Part shown: positions 1-8,599 of the stretch, in pieces
Numbering within the stretch: the stretch's first letter is position 1
Layout: the number at the start of each line of letters is the position of its first letter
IMG/VR virus record: IMGVR_UViG_3300028832_000138
Span: 3,747 to 67,746 of that record
Strand: one strand, 5' to 3'
DNA from: a virus
Taxonomy: Duplodnaviria; Caudoviricetes
DNA length: 64,000 nt
The notes under the pieces: model-generated
Seen by the model: the letters and a program-made list of their open reading frames with translations, nothing else
What the model was told of the DNA's origin: nothing
Database searches by the model: none
Made by a program: the position numbers and the translations under genes

Positions 1-96
1 TGGTACATTGAACCTATCAACATTTGAAACAATACTTTTTATTTTGTTAACAACGACTCCTCTCAATGTACCATATGTTAAGTTGTAATTAGCCAT
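1..96 (-). CDS. partial hypothetical protein (N-terminus MANYNLTYGTLRGVVVNKIKSIVSNVDRFNVP; runs off the left edge)
   Basis: Not in the ORF track. ATG at 96 overlaps the stop of 89..826 by 8 nt (AAAATGGCTAA), and the frame is open for 32 codons to base 1. Confidence 0.7.
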   Translation of the reverse strand, partial: MANYNLTYGTLRGVVVNKIKSIVSNVDRFNVP

Positions 97-826
97 TTTG
101 TTCTTCTTCCGTTGATTGTGAATTGTTATTTTCCATTATTAAATTATATAAATCCCCTAATGTACTTTTTACAAAATTTTGTTTATTAGCCCATATATCA
201 ATTAGCCCAGAATTATTTTTTACATTGTTTGATATTTCATCTAATGTTGGGACTTTCAAGTTTGGTGTATTCATAATAAATGATAAATTAAATATATCTA
301 ATAACATTAAAATACATTCGTACATTTGCGGCATTGTTTCATAATTATTTGAATCCATTAAAACAAATCTTGGATGATTTACATAAGATTTTAATGTTGC
401 CAAGAAATAATAAACAATTTTTTCTCTCAATAAGTTTGTTTCATCTTCTATTTCATCGCAAATGTCTAGGTATTCAACAAGAGATGAGAAGAATACATTT
501 TCAGAGGAAAAGAATTCAGCATTATAATTATTGCTTGAATTTACCAATAGCACCATAGTTTCAATAAGGTTCGCAACACATACTTCATTTGTTATTGCAA
601 ATTTTAATAATTCAATTTTATCTTCTGTTGATAATGATTTGAAACTAACATTGTAAAATCTAAAACCTTGATCGGTCAATTCTGATATATGTTTTGCAAT
701 ACTTTTTACATTTTCAATACCAGCATCAGATTCGATAATTATATTTTTTTCTGATTGCCCATCTATTTGAGCCAATAATTCTTCAATGTTTGTGTTGCTG
801 TTTACAATTATTTTTGCTTCATTCAT
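89..826 (-). CDS. hypothetical acidic helical protein in the radical SAM operon
   Basis: 245-aa ORF with AAAGGA SD, 14 nt downstream of the radical SAM gene; no motif recognised. Confidence 0.85.
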   Translation of the reverse strand: MNEAKIIVNSNTNIEELLAQIDGQSEKNIIIESDAGIENVKSIAKHISELTDQGFRFYNVSFKSLSTEDKIELLKFAITNEVCVANLIETMVLLVNSSNNYNAEFFSSENVFFSSLVEYLDICDEIEDETNLLREKIVYYFLATLKSYVNHPRFVLMDSNNYETMPQMYECILMLLDIFNLSFIMNTPNLKVPTLDEISNNVKNNSGLIDIWANKQNFVKSTLGDLYNLIMENNNSQSTEEEQNG

Positions 827-840
827 AATTTTTATCCTTT

Positions 841-1785
841 TTACATTGTATATTTTAGCAATTTTTGGATTTCACAAGGAAAACACTTATTGCAATTTTT
901 GAATGATTGTTTGAAATTCACAGAGTGCCCACATTCAGACATCTTAGAAGAACAAAAATCAAAATCTTTCGTTGTTTTATTGTACTCATATAGTAATTTT
1001 TCCTGTTTGAGAGCAATATTTTCAGAGTATCTTTGCAAATACCCAGGAATAATTTTATCTATATGTAACAATGTTTGAAATACTTCTTCTCTCGTAGGAG
1101 CTTCAGGAGCATTTTCGTAATTTAGTATAATATAAGGAATTGCGTTTATATCTACTCTAAAATAATCCATCCAATTCTTTATATTAAATTCTTTTTTATT
1201 TTGGTCTTTACAGTATTGAACTAAATAATTTGCCCCAAAAACATCGCTAACTATTACATCACAAGCGCCTTTGGTCAATACTGTGTTTACTACAATTCTT
1301 ATATCCTCAAAAGTATCTGTTATTTTTTTAAGGTTTTTGTAGAATAGTTTTTCAGTTATATCATTAAATCTTCCAACTATATCATAAGAAGTTGTAAATT
1401 TTAATCTTCCAAATAATTCTTTTTCTTGAACTTTACTTAGAAAATCAAATAAAACTGTAGTATTTTCATATAATAAGTTAGTATTCAAATATAATAGTTC
1501 AATTTCATCTTTTTGCATATGGTCTAATATTTGATCTAATAATTTTGATAATTCAGTATTTACTTCTTCAGTTTTCAAACCAAATATTTCACCACCACAC
1601 AATAATATATGATTTCCTTTTTCAAATCTTGTTTTTAGAAATTCACCACATAATTGTAAAGACTCGATTTGTTCTTGTGGTGTTAGTATTTTATCATTAA
1701 TTCTTCTTTCGTGATTTCTTTGATGACAAAATGTGCAATTATTTCCGCAGTTATTCCACAATAGAAATTCATATATTTTTTTCAT
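841..1785 (-). CDS. radical SAM enzyme with a C-terminal Cys cluster
   Basis: CGNNCTFC (CxxxCxxC) near the N-terminus, GGE motif, and five extra C-terminal Cys (FCSSKMSECGH...CNKCFPC). Confidence 0.9.
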   Translation of the reverse strand: MKKIYEFLLWNNCGNNCTFCHQRNHERRINDKILTPQEQIESLQLCGEFLKTRFEKGNHILLCGGEIFGLKTEEVNTELSKLLDQILDHMQKDEIELLYLNTNLLYENTTVLFDFLSKVQEKELFGRLKFTTSYDIVGRFNDITEKLFYKNLKKITDTFEDIRIVVNTVLTKGACDVIVSDVFGANYLVQYCKDQNKKEFNIKNWMDYFRVDINAIPYIILNYENAPEAPTREEVFQTLLHIDKIIPGYLQRYSENIALKQEKLLYEYNKTTKDFDFCSSKMSECGHSVNFKQSFKNCNKCFPCEIQKLLKYTM

Positions 1786-1811
1786 TATAAGTCCTTACCA
1801 GCTTATGTTAA

Positions 1812-1819
1812 ATAGAACT
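1812..1819 (-). promoter_or_regulatory. AGTTCTAT motif (candidate late promoter) upstream of the radical SAM gene
   Basis: Exact motif, 26 nt upstream of ATG 1785. Confidence 0.7.
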
Positions 1820-1835
1820 AATTTTACTGATAATA

Positions 1836-1863
1836 ATTATAACATTTTAAGTCAATAAGTCAA
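1836..1863 (-). promoter_or_regulatory. sigma70-type promoter for the radical SAM operon
   Basis: TTGACT (1863-1858), N16, TATAAT (1841-1836), with an extended -10 TGnTATAAT. Confidence 0.65.
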
Positions 1864-1873
1864 CAAAAATAAG

Positions 1874-1881
1874 AGTTCTAT
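1874..1881 (+). promoter_or_regulatory. AGTTCTAT motif upstream of the plus-strand membrane protein gene
   Basis: Exact motif on the plus strand, 30 nt before ATG 1912; orientation follows the gene. Confidence 0.7.
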
Positions 1882-1911
1882 AATTAAATAAAATAACCAA
1901 AGGATAAAATT

Positions 1912-2496
1912 ATGATATCAGCACTTATTGGAATTTCATGTTGTTTAGGTATGATGGGGTTGTTATATGGATATTTGAAGATTACAAAGAAAAAATATTA
2001 TGATAATCACGACCAATCAAGTCTTTCGAATACATTTTATCATACTGGGTGGAAATTCCGTGCTTTGTTGATTATTATGGTGCTTTTACTTGTTTATCCT
2101 ATTTTATTGGCTAATGGTAGTTATGTTGATGGTGTTTGGTCTCTTACGGCTCCAAATGTTTTAGAAGGATGGGGAAAGTTTGTATTTGCTATTGCGATGG
2201 GTGGTATATTTGGCGTAGCTCTAAATGCAGATTTCTTATCAAAAAGTGAATCAAATCCTCATGTTGTGGCTGCTGCTGGTCTTGCTGCTGCTGGTGCTTT
2301 TGCTGGTTGTTTAATGCGTCCTTTATGGTATTTAGGTTTTGGTGTTTGGATGATTTGGCTTGGTTATTATCTAGTCAAACAATATAAAAATAAAAAAGCT
2401 AAAAACCCAGATGCTTTTAGCCTTTATATGGAGTTGGTTTGTTTTTATTCTTTACCAACTTGCTTAATTTTATTTATATTATTAAATTTGTTTTAG
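1912..2496 (+). CDS. multi-pass membrane protein (about 5 TM segments), function unknown
   Basis: 194 aa, AAAGGA SD, several long hydrophobic stretches; converges on 2493..2990 with a 4-nt overlap. Confidence 0.85.
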   Translation: MISALIGISCCLGMMGLLYGYLKITKKKYYDNHDQSSLSNTFYHTGWKFRALLIIMVLLLVYPILLANGSYVDGVWSLTAPNVLEGWGKFVFAIAMGGIFGVALNADFLSKSESNPHVVAAAGLAAAGAFAGCLMRPLWYLGFGVWMIWLGYYLVKQYKNKKAKNPDAFSLYMELVCFYSLPTCLILFILLNLF

Positions 2497-2990
2497 GCTC
2501 TCCATTTGCCTTTAACTTCCCAAAAATGACTCCCATATGATTGTATTTTGAAGCTTGTGGTTGTTTGATCACAAGTAGCACCTACAACATCTGTAACAGC
2601 AGCTAATGAAGCATTTGATGATGTACTAGTAAACCAAGTAACAACATCTCCAGTATATGTACCCCAATCAACTTCTGCAAAAACTCTATATTTGTTATTT
2701 ATCATTTGTACAGGAAGATTGATTGTTGTAACACCAAAAGTCCCAGTTCCTGTTTGTCTACCACCTTGTTCAACCCAACCATTACTATATTTTATGTACC
2801 ATTGATAATTATTTGACGAAGTTGGTTCTAAATAATCTATAATTGATGGAATTTCAAAACCACCAGGAGTATTACCATCACGGATTTTTATACTTTTGGT
2901 GTCAGTATCCATAGTTAATTCACCAGCTGCACCAATAAAAATACGGTTTTCTTGTGTTGTTCCTCTACGAATCTGTAAAACTCTAGCCAT
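2493..2990 (-). CDS. short tail fibre/adhesin: Mtd_N-like N-terminus plus gp53-like C-terminal domain
   Basis: LQIRRGT...GAAGELTMDTDT...IRDG..PGG at the N-terminus; WYIKYSNGWVEQGG in the C-terminal part. Confidence 0.75.
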   Translation of the reverse strand: MARVLQIRRGTTQENRIFIGAAGELTMDTDTKSIKIRDGNTPGGFEIPSIIDYLEPTSSNNYQWYIKYSNGWVEQGGRQTGTGTFGVTTINLPVQMINNKYRVFAEVDWGTYTGDVVTWFTSTSSNASLAAVTDVVGATCDQTTTSFKIQSYGSHFWEVKGKWRA

Positions 2991-3232
2991 TATTCACTCG
3001 TTTTCTTAGTTTTTGTTGATTTTTTCTTTTTGGTAGTTTTTTTATTTAATGCTTCTGCTAGTTTTGCCTCTTCTTCTTCAGCAATTCTGTTTTTTTCTGG
3101 ATCTCTTGAAACAATTTTAAATTTATTTTCTTCTTCATTGAAAACAAGATCAGCTTCGTTCATATTACACCAAACTGCTGCCATCGGAGGATAACTACCA
3201 TCAAAAGTTTGCCCAATTTTAAATTCGTTCAT
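2990..3232 (-). CDS. small fibre-associated protein, possibly a chaperone (YPPxAAVWCN type)
   Basis: 80 aa, paralog of the N-terminus of 49121..49468; Lys-rich tail. Confidence 0.7.
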   Translation of the reverse strand: MNEFKIGQTFDGSYPPMAAVWCNMNEADLVFNEEENKFKIVSRDPEKNRIAEEEEAKLAEALNKKTTKKKKSTKTKKTSE

Positions 3233-3252
3233 TTTTTATCCTTTATCTGTTA

Positions 3253-3260
3253 ATAGAACT
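3253..3260 (-). promoter_or_regulatory. AGTTCTAT motif upstream of 2990..3232
   Basis: Exact motif 20 nt before the ATG, with an AAGGA SD in between. Confidence 0.7.
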
Positions 3261-3262
3261 AT

Positions 3263-4852
3263 TTATATGTGTCCAAGTTGGATTGTTTCTGCAATTGTTG
3301 TATCTGATATATTTCCACAATCTAAAGAATCTTCTGGATAATATAATGGGCCTCCGTCTAAATAGTTACTTGTATCAAAATCACTTCCACCATCATAAGT
3401 ATCTGTAATATCTGTATCTATCAGTGCACCAGCGTTTATTGTTAATGCTGCTGGCTCTGCCCCGATTGTTCCCATATCTAAAATTTGTATAACATTTTCA
3501 AATCTATAAATATATAACCAACCATTGCCACCATTTGTTGCGGATGCTGTTCCTATAAACGGTAAACCACCTTGCCCCAATGTTGATGGTTCTCCTAAAT
3601 AATTTGTTGAAGCTGTTGGTGTTGTATGATAGTTTGTGGCATTTTCACCAGTTGTATTTGCTTCATATGCTGAATTTCCATAGCCACATCTACCACCACT
3701 AGCATCCATATCTCCACCAGCACCACCGCCACCAGATCCATAAAAAGCTGTTGAACTTGCACCTTGAGGATTTAATGCACTATCTGAACCTGAAGCACCA
3801 CCACCTAATTTATAGTCTGTTCTCCCATTAATTACAGTTGCTCCAGAATCTACACCTGATGGACCACCTTTACCTGAATGAACACTTGGGAAAAATCCTG
3901 GTTCTGCACCATCTAAGTTTGATCCTTGATCTCTACCTGGGACTGAAGTAATATCTAACGTTTCGGTGTTTAACCAATAATATCCGCCACCAGCTCCACC
4001 TTTGCTTCTTGCTACCCAACTACCAAAACTCCAATCCTCTCCATTGCCAGCAGCTCCACCTCCACCATTCTTATAAAATGTCCCATTTGTTATATCTTTA
4101 AATATATCTCTACTAGAATCTCTTGTGGCATTTGTAGAAGTGTTATTAGACAGATTTTTGATAACTATATAACTTTGTGTTTTTCCAGTTAATTCATATC
4201 CTGTTATTTTTGCACCTTGAAAGTTATATAATGGTTCTTTTGGAGATGGAGATGAGTTTAATGTATAAAAAGCAGAAACACCATCAAACCACCCAAATAA
4301 TTTAGTGTTCATTACATTATTTAATTTCAAAAATGTTGGTTGACCTCCCCCTCCACCCGTTTTTGTAGGATCTGATACGTATTCTACAGTAATGTTTAAT
4401 GTCTGATTTTGTGTTACTGTTACTCTTCCACTTTCTGTTGTATAGTGATGTTTACTTACTTCATATTCCACTTGAGTTTGATATGGTACAGTAATAGAAT
4501 TTCCAACTTGTGAATAACCTGATGCTGTTAAAGTTACCATTGCATCACCAGGAGTTGGATTGATTGTTAGTGTATAATTGTTTGGTGTTAGTGATACGTT
4601 TACAGTTTGGTCATGATTTAATGTAGCAGAACCATTTTGAGACGCATAACCAGTTCTTGATACAGTATAGGTAACATTTGTATTATAAGTACCAGAAACT
4701 GTATTACCAGAAGCAGTACCACCTGTAAAAGTAACAGTTGCATCCACTGGTGTTGGATTGACTGTTAATGTGTATAGAGTCGATGCCAAAACATAAGTAT
4801 TGCTATAGGTATTATATATTAAATCTTGTGAAGTCTCTCTTGCATAACTCAT
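3263..4852 (-). CDS. Gly-rich fibre/adhesin with two Ig/PEGA-like repeats and acidic DxG C-terminal repeats
   Basis: Repeats TLTVNPTPxDATVT...YTVSxxGY; polyGly domain; C-terminal LDMG/YDGG/LDGG/LDCG. Confidence 0.75.
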   Translation of the reverse strand: MSYARETSQDLIYNTYSNTYVLASTLYTLTVNPTPVDATVTFTGGTASGNTVSGTYNTNVTYTVSRTGYASQNGSATLNHDQTVNVSLTPNNYTLTINPTPGDAMVTLTASGYSQVGNSITVPYQTQVEYEVSKHHYTTESGRVTVTQNQTLNITVEYVSDPTKTGGGGGQPTFLKLNNVMNTKLFGWFDGVSAFYTLNSSPSPKEPLYNFQGAKITGYELTGKTQSYIVIKNLSNNTSTNATRDSSRDIFKDITNGTFYKNGGGGAAGNGEDWSFGSWVARSKGGAGGGYYWLNTETLDITSVPGRDQGSNLDGAEPGFFPSVHSGKGGPSGVDSGATVINGRTDYKLGGGASGSDSALNPQGASSTAFYGSGGGGAGGDMDASGGRCGYGNSAYEANTTGENATNYHTTPTASTNYLGEPSTLGQGGLPFIGTASATNGGNGWLYIYRFENVIQILDMGTIGAEPAALTINAGALIDTDITDTYDGGSDFDTSNYLDGGPLYYPEDSLDCGNISDTTIAETIQLGHI

Positions 4853-4888
4853 AATTTTCCCTTGTATTCTTATAAATTATAATAATTT

Positions 4889-6301
4889 CTATGTATTAAC
4901 TTTATATAATTTACAATAGCCGTTTGTTTGTATTTGCCCGCCTCCGCTACCGCAATCTGAGAAGTTTTTGCTTAAATCAATAACACACCATGAGCCATCA
5001 GTACCATTACTATATCTAGGGCCAGTATTCCCTGCACCCCAACTTCCACCAGGTCCATCGGTTTTCGCTGTTTGCACCCATACAGCAACATCTCCACCAT
5101 TACCATAAGCGCCACCAGCGCCACCAGCACAACGATTATCTCCATTGCTGCCACCAGGACCACCGGCACCACCACACAATAAAGCAACATATAAGTGCCC
5201 TAAAGAAACATTACTTACGGAAAATGTATTTTCTGAGCTAAATGACCTAGACCATCCTGAACGATTTATGGAACTGTTTTGTATATAATTATCTAATTTG
5301 CCAGCAAGAAAACCACTACCTCCGGCACCATTGCTTGCGTCAATATGACAAGCATATCTACCATTATTAGCGGCACCTCCACCACCACCACCAGACTCAT
5401 CGTGCCCAACGGCTCCTGTACCACCCCAATAATCTGTTGGACTTGGATAACCAGTTTTACCATTTTGCCCCATATCTGACCAATTTACTGGAGTTGTGCC
5501 ATATGTACTTCCCCATAACAAGCATCTTGTATTTGCATATAAATATGTTACATAATATTTATACCCTCCAGGATGCCCATTGACCCAATCTCTGGAAAGC
5601 ATAGAACCTGCACTCATAACTTCGATAGCATACCATCCATCTGCAGTTATATCATAAGTCTTATACTCATCTCCAGAAGCCGTTTGTAGTAACGTTGTTG
5701 AATAACTTGTTGGTTCTGGTAATCCGCCAGGGAGTTTTGCATTTAATGGTACAGATACACTAATATTAGATGTTAATGTTCTAGAACCACTTGCTGACAC
5801 ATAACCATTTTTGGAAACAGTATAATTTACAGTTGTATTATATGGAACGCTTACAGTATTTCCACTTACCGTACCTGTACTAAAAGTTACTGTTGCATTA
5901 TTTGGAGTTGGGTTTATTGTTAAAGTATAGTAATTTATATTTAATGATATTGCTAAACTTTGATTGTTTGTAACGGAAATAACATTACTTTGTGTTGCAT
6001 AACCAGTTTTTGATACTGTATAATTTACATTTGTTCCTGTCCTTACTGTTATAGAATTTCCAGATTGAGTATAACCAGAAGCTGTAAGTGTAACCGTTGC
6101 ATCGGATGGGGTTGGATTAATAGTTAATGTACAAGCAACATCAAATGTGTTATTTTGTATAAATCCAATGGTTCTTCCAGTATCTGTGCCTTGGTTATTA
6201 TAAAGAGGCATACCAACATAAATTGTAGTATTGTCTGTATAATATCTTATTGGATTAGCATTAGCATCTTTCCATGAATAAAGCCGACTTGGAAGACTCA
6301 T
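4889..6301 (-). CDS. Gly-rich fibre/adhesin with two Ig/PEGA-like repeats
   Basis: Same repeat units as its neighbours; C-terminal Gly-rich domain ending NGYCKLYK. Confidence 0.75.
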   Translation of the reverse strand: MSLPSRLYSWKDANANPIRYYTDNTTIYVGMPLYNNQGTDTGRTIGFIQNNTFDVACTLTINPTPSDATVTLTASGYTQSGNSITVRTGTNVNYTVSKTGYATQSNVISVTNNQSLAISLNINYYTLTINPTPNNATVTFSTGTVSGNTVSVPYNTTVNYTVSKNGYVSASGSRTLTSNISVSVPLNAKLPGGLPEPTSYSTTLLQTASGDEYKTYDITADGWYAIEVMSAGSMLSRDWVNGHPGGYKYYVTYLYANTRCLLWGSTYGTTPVNWSDMGQNGKTGYPSPTDYWGGTGAVGHDESGGGGGGAANNGRYACHIDASNGAGGSGFLAGKLDNYIQNSSINRSGWSRSFSSENTFSVSNVSLGHLYVALLCGGAGGPGGSNGDNRCAGGAGGAYGNGGDVAVWVQTAKTDGPGGSWGAGNTGPRYSNGTDGSWCVIDLSKNFSDCGSGGGQIQTNGYCKLYKVNT

Positions 6302-6318
6302 TTTATTTTTACCTTATA

Positions 6319-6741
6319 TTATTTTGAACCATTTTTCTTTATCCACTCATCAAATGTAAGAGGATTTTTAGTGTACCAACCTACTTCTGATTGTGGATAG
6401 TCACGTAGATATTGCATATAGTATAGAATATTTAAATATGTTTCTTCTGTGTCTGTTGTAGGTATTTCGATTACTTTTTGATCCCTATATCTTGAAACAC
6501 GCCATTCTATATTATTTAAATAAGAATCTCTAATATTACGAATTTCTGCTTTTTGTTCATCTATTGTTGGTTGTGGTTTTTTTGGAGCATAACCAGCAAC
6601 ATACCAGCAACCATTATATGCTTGTTCTACTCTCATTAATGTCATACCAATTTCAATATAATATTCATCAGTGCATCCGGTACCTACATCAACTTCTTTT
6701 GTTTCTTCGTTTATAATTTTTGCATATCTTTTTTCTGACAT
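6319..6741 (-). CDS. tail fibre assembly chaperone
   Basis: Directly downstream of the fibre gene; EIRNIRDSYL...YLRDYPQ...PLTFDEW pattern; paralog of 49672..50052. Confidence 0.7.
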   Translation of the reverse strand: MSEKRYAKIINEETKEVDVGTGCTDEYYIEIGMTLMRVEQAYNGCWYVAGYAPKKPQPTIDEQKAEIRNIRDSYLNNIEWRVSRYRDQKVIEIPTTDTEETYLNILYYMQYLRDYPQSEVGWYTKNPLTFDEWIKKNGSK

Positions 6742-6762
6742 ATTATAATTCTCCTAAAAATT

Positions 6763-8574
6763 TTAAGCTGTTCTTCTCCATACATTTACAACATATGCAG
6801 GCGCTTGAACTGTATTTGAATTACCGTAGATTGAAGATGAACGAGATGCATCAAATGATTGCTGATTTACACGAACAGCATCGCTGCCGCTAGCATAGTC
6901 ATTACCCAATCTGTCTTGTAAAAAAGCACCGCTTATACTTGATCCAGACGCTCTTGTGCCCGATAGTGTTCCAGTAATGTTAGGCAATCCTGCTGGTACT
7001 GTTTGAGTTGCAGTATAGGTTGTTTCTGTTCCATTTAATGTACCACTTGCTAATAAATATCTTCCTTCAATTTTTGTCCATGTTCCAAAAAACGATGCTA
7101 GTGGGCAAGTTGATTGTGTGCCAATATAAATAGAACCAACTGGATAAATAGCTGCTAAAACATCTTTAACAAATTTAGTAGTAGCTATTTGATTACCATT
7201 ACTGCTTGTTCCTGGAGAAAAATTTAGTGATGCTTCTCTGTTTGTACCATCTGCTTTTAAATATAAAGAAGTATTAATTCTGTTTCCAGCTGTGTGTGTA
7301 TGATTAGTGTCTGGATCTACAGCTATTAATTCTAATTGATTAATATTTGCTGTATTTGCTGTGTTTCTATATGTGTTTGTTCTACAATAACCTATTTCTC
7401 TTCCACCACTATCTCCGCAATAAAGCCCAGCATAGTTATTGTAACCAGTTGTAATTGATTGTGTTAGATCTACTTCTGGATTAATTGCTTGAAACATACT
7501 GGCTGATGTATTCTCTGAATTCCTTCCAGAGTGTTTAACTTGAACATGTTGATAAAATGTTTTAGTTCCACCTATATTTTGATCACCAGTAAGATGTACA
7601 CTATTATTTATCCCGTTATTTACAGTATATTGTAAATTCGTAAAATCAAGTTGATCTACTGCTTGAAATACTGGTTTTATATAAAATGAAGTTACTTTAC
7701 CACTTGTATAAGAAACATAACCACAAATAGCAGCTTCTCGTTTGTTTGATGTTGATATACTACTTAAATAATTGTAATTTGTTATTGGATCATAAATCAA
7801 ATTGCTAAAACCATTTAAAGAATTATTAGCTAATCTTATTCCAATATTTGTTCCAGTGTTAGAAGGGACATCTGATACTTGGCAACTTGTTATCCCCCAA
7901 GCTGCATTATTAGGTGTATTATCTGTCTTAAATCCACGTGGAACTAAGTATTTTAAACCAGGCAAAGCAACTACACAAGAACCAAAAAAACTTAAACCAT
8001 TATATATTTGGTCTACACTTGTAACTGTTCCATTGGTAATTGTAAGTTTTAATATTGGAAATGAATATAGTCTTTCTTCTTCTACACCTGTATTTACCCA
8101 ACTTATTTTATTTGTTGTTCTATTATAAAAAGCTTTTCCATTTAGACTAGATGCATCTGTGCCAGAAATCATATTACCTAAAGAAATTCCATAATATCCA
8201 GATGTACCAGATGCATTACGGCGTACAAGATATACTGTTCCATTATTAGTATCAAAATTCATTGTTGTTTCATCTTGTGTCAATGTAGCAACACCAAACA
8301 ATTTAGTTGAACCATTTACTCCATTTGGATAGTATATTTTACTTCCTGATTTTATTTTTAATGTTGTACCAGAAAGTTCATATTTTACATTTTCTGGTAT
8401 TTCTGTTGTGCAGTTTGTAATATCTATAGGTCTTATGATTCTACCACCTGCTGAAGAACCATCATGTATTCTAATATTTTTTGTATCATTATCTATTGTA
8501 ATTTCACCAGCTGCACCTGTAAAGCTATTGTTTTGTGCTGCTGTTCCACGTCTAAGTTTTAATTGTGTTGCCAT
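6763..8574 (-). CDS. tail fibre protein (Mtd_N-like N-terminus, YPVGSIY-type C-terminal domain)
   Basis: QLKLRRGT...GAAGEITID; GDQNIGGTKTF fibre repeat; IYPVGSIYIG...GTWTKIEGRYLL; VPAGLPNITG. Confidence 0.8.
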   Translation of the reverse strand: MATQLKLRRGTAAQNNSFTGAAGEITIDNDTKNIRIHDGSSAGGRIIRPIDITNCTTEIPENVKYELSGTTLKIKSGSKIYYPNGVNGSTKLFGVATLTQDETTMNFDTNNGTVYLVRRNASGTSGYYGISLGNMISGTDASSLNGKAFYNRTTNKISWVNTGVEEERLYSFPILKLTITNGTVTSVDQIYNGLSFFGSCVVALPGLKYLVPRGFKTDNTPNNAAWGITSCQVSDVPSNTGTNIGIRLANNSLNGFSNLIYDPITNYNYLSSISTSNKREAAICGYVSYTSGKVTSFYIKPVFQAVDQLDFTNLQYTVNNGINNSVHLTGDQNIGGTKTFYQHVQVKHSGRNSENTSASMFQAINPEVDLTQSITTGYNNYAGLYCGDSGGREIGYCRTNTYRNTANTANINQLELIAVDPDTNHTHTAGNRINTSLYLKADGTNREASLNFSPGTSSNGNQIATTKFVKDVLAAIYPVGSIYIGTQSTCPLASFFGTWTKIEGRYLLASGTLNGTETTYTATQTVPAGLPNITGTLSGTRASGSSISGAFLQDRLGNDYASGSDAVRVNQQSFDASRSSSIYGNSNTVQAPAYVVNVWRRTA

Positions 8575-8599
8575 TTTACTTCCTATAGATTTTTAATGT

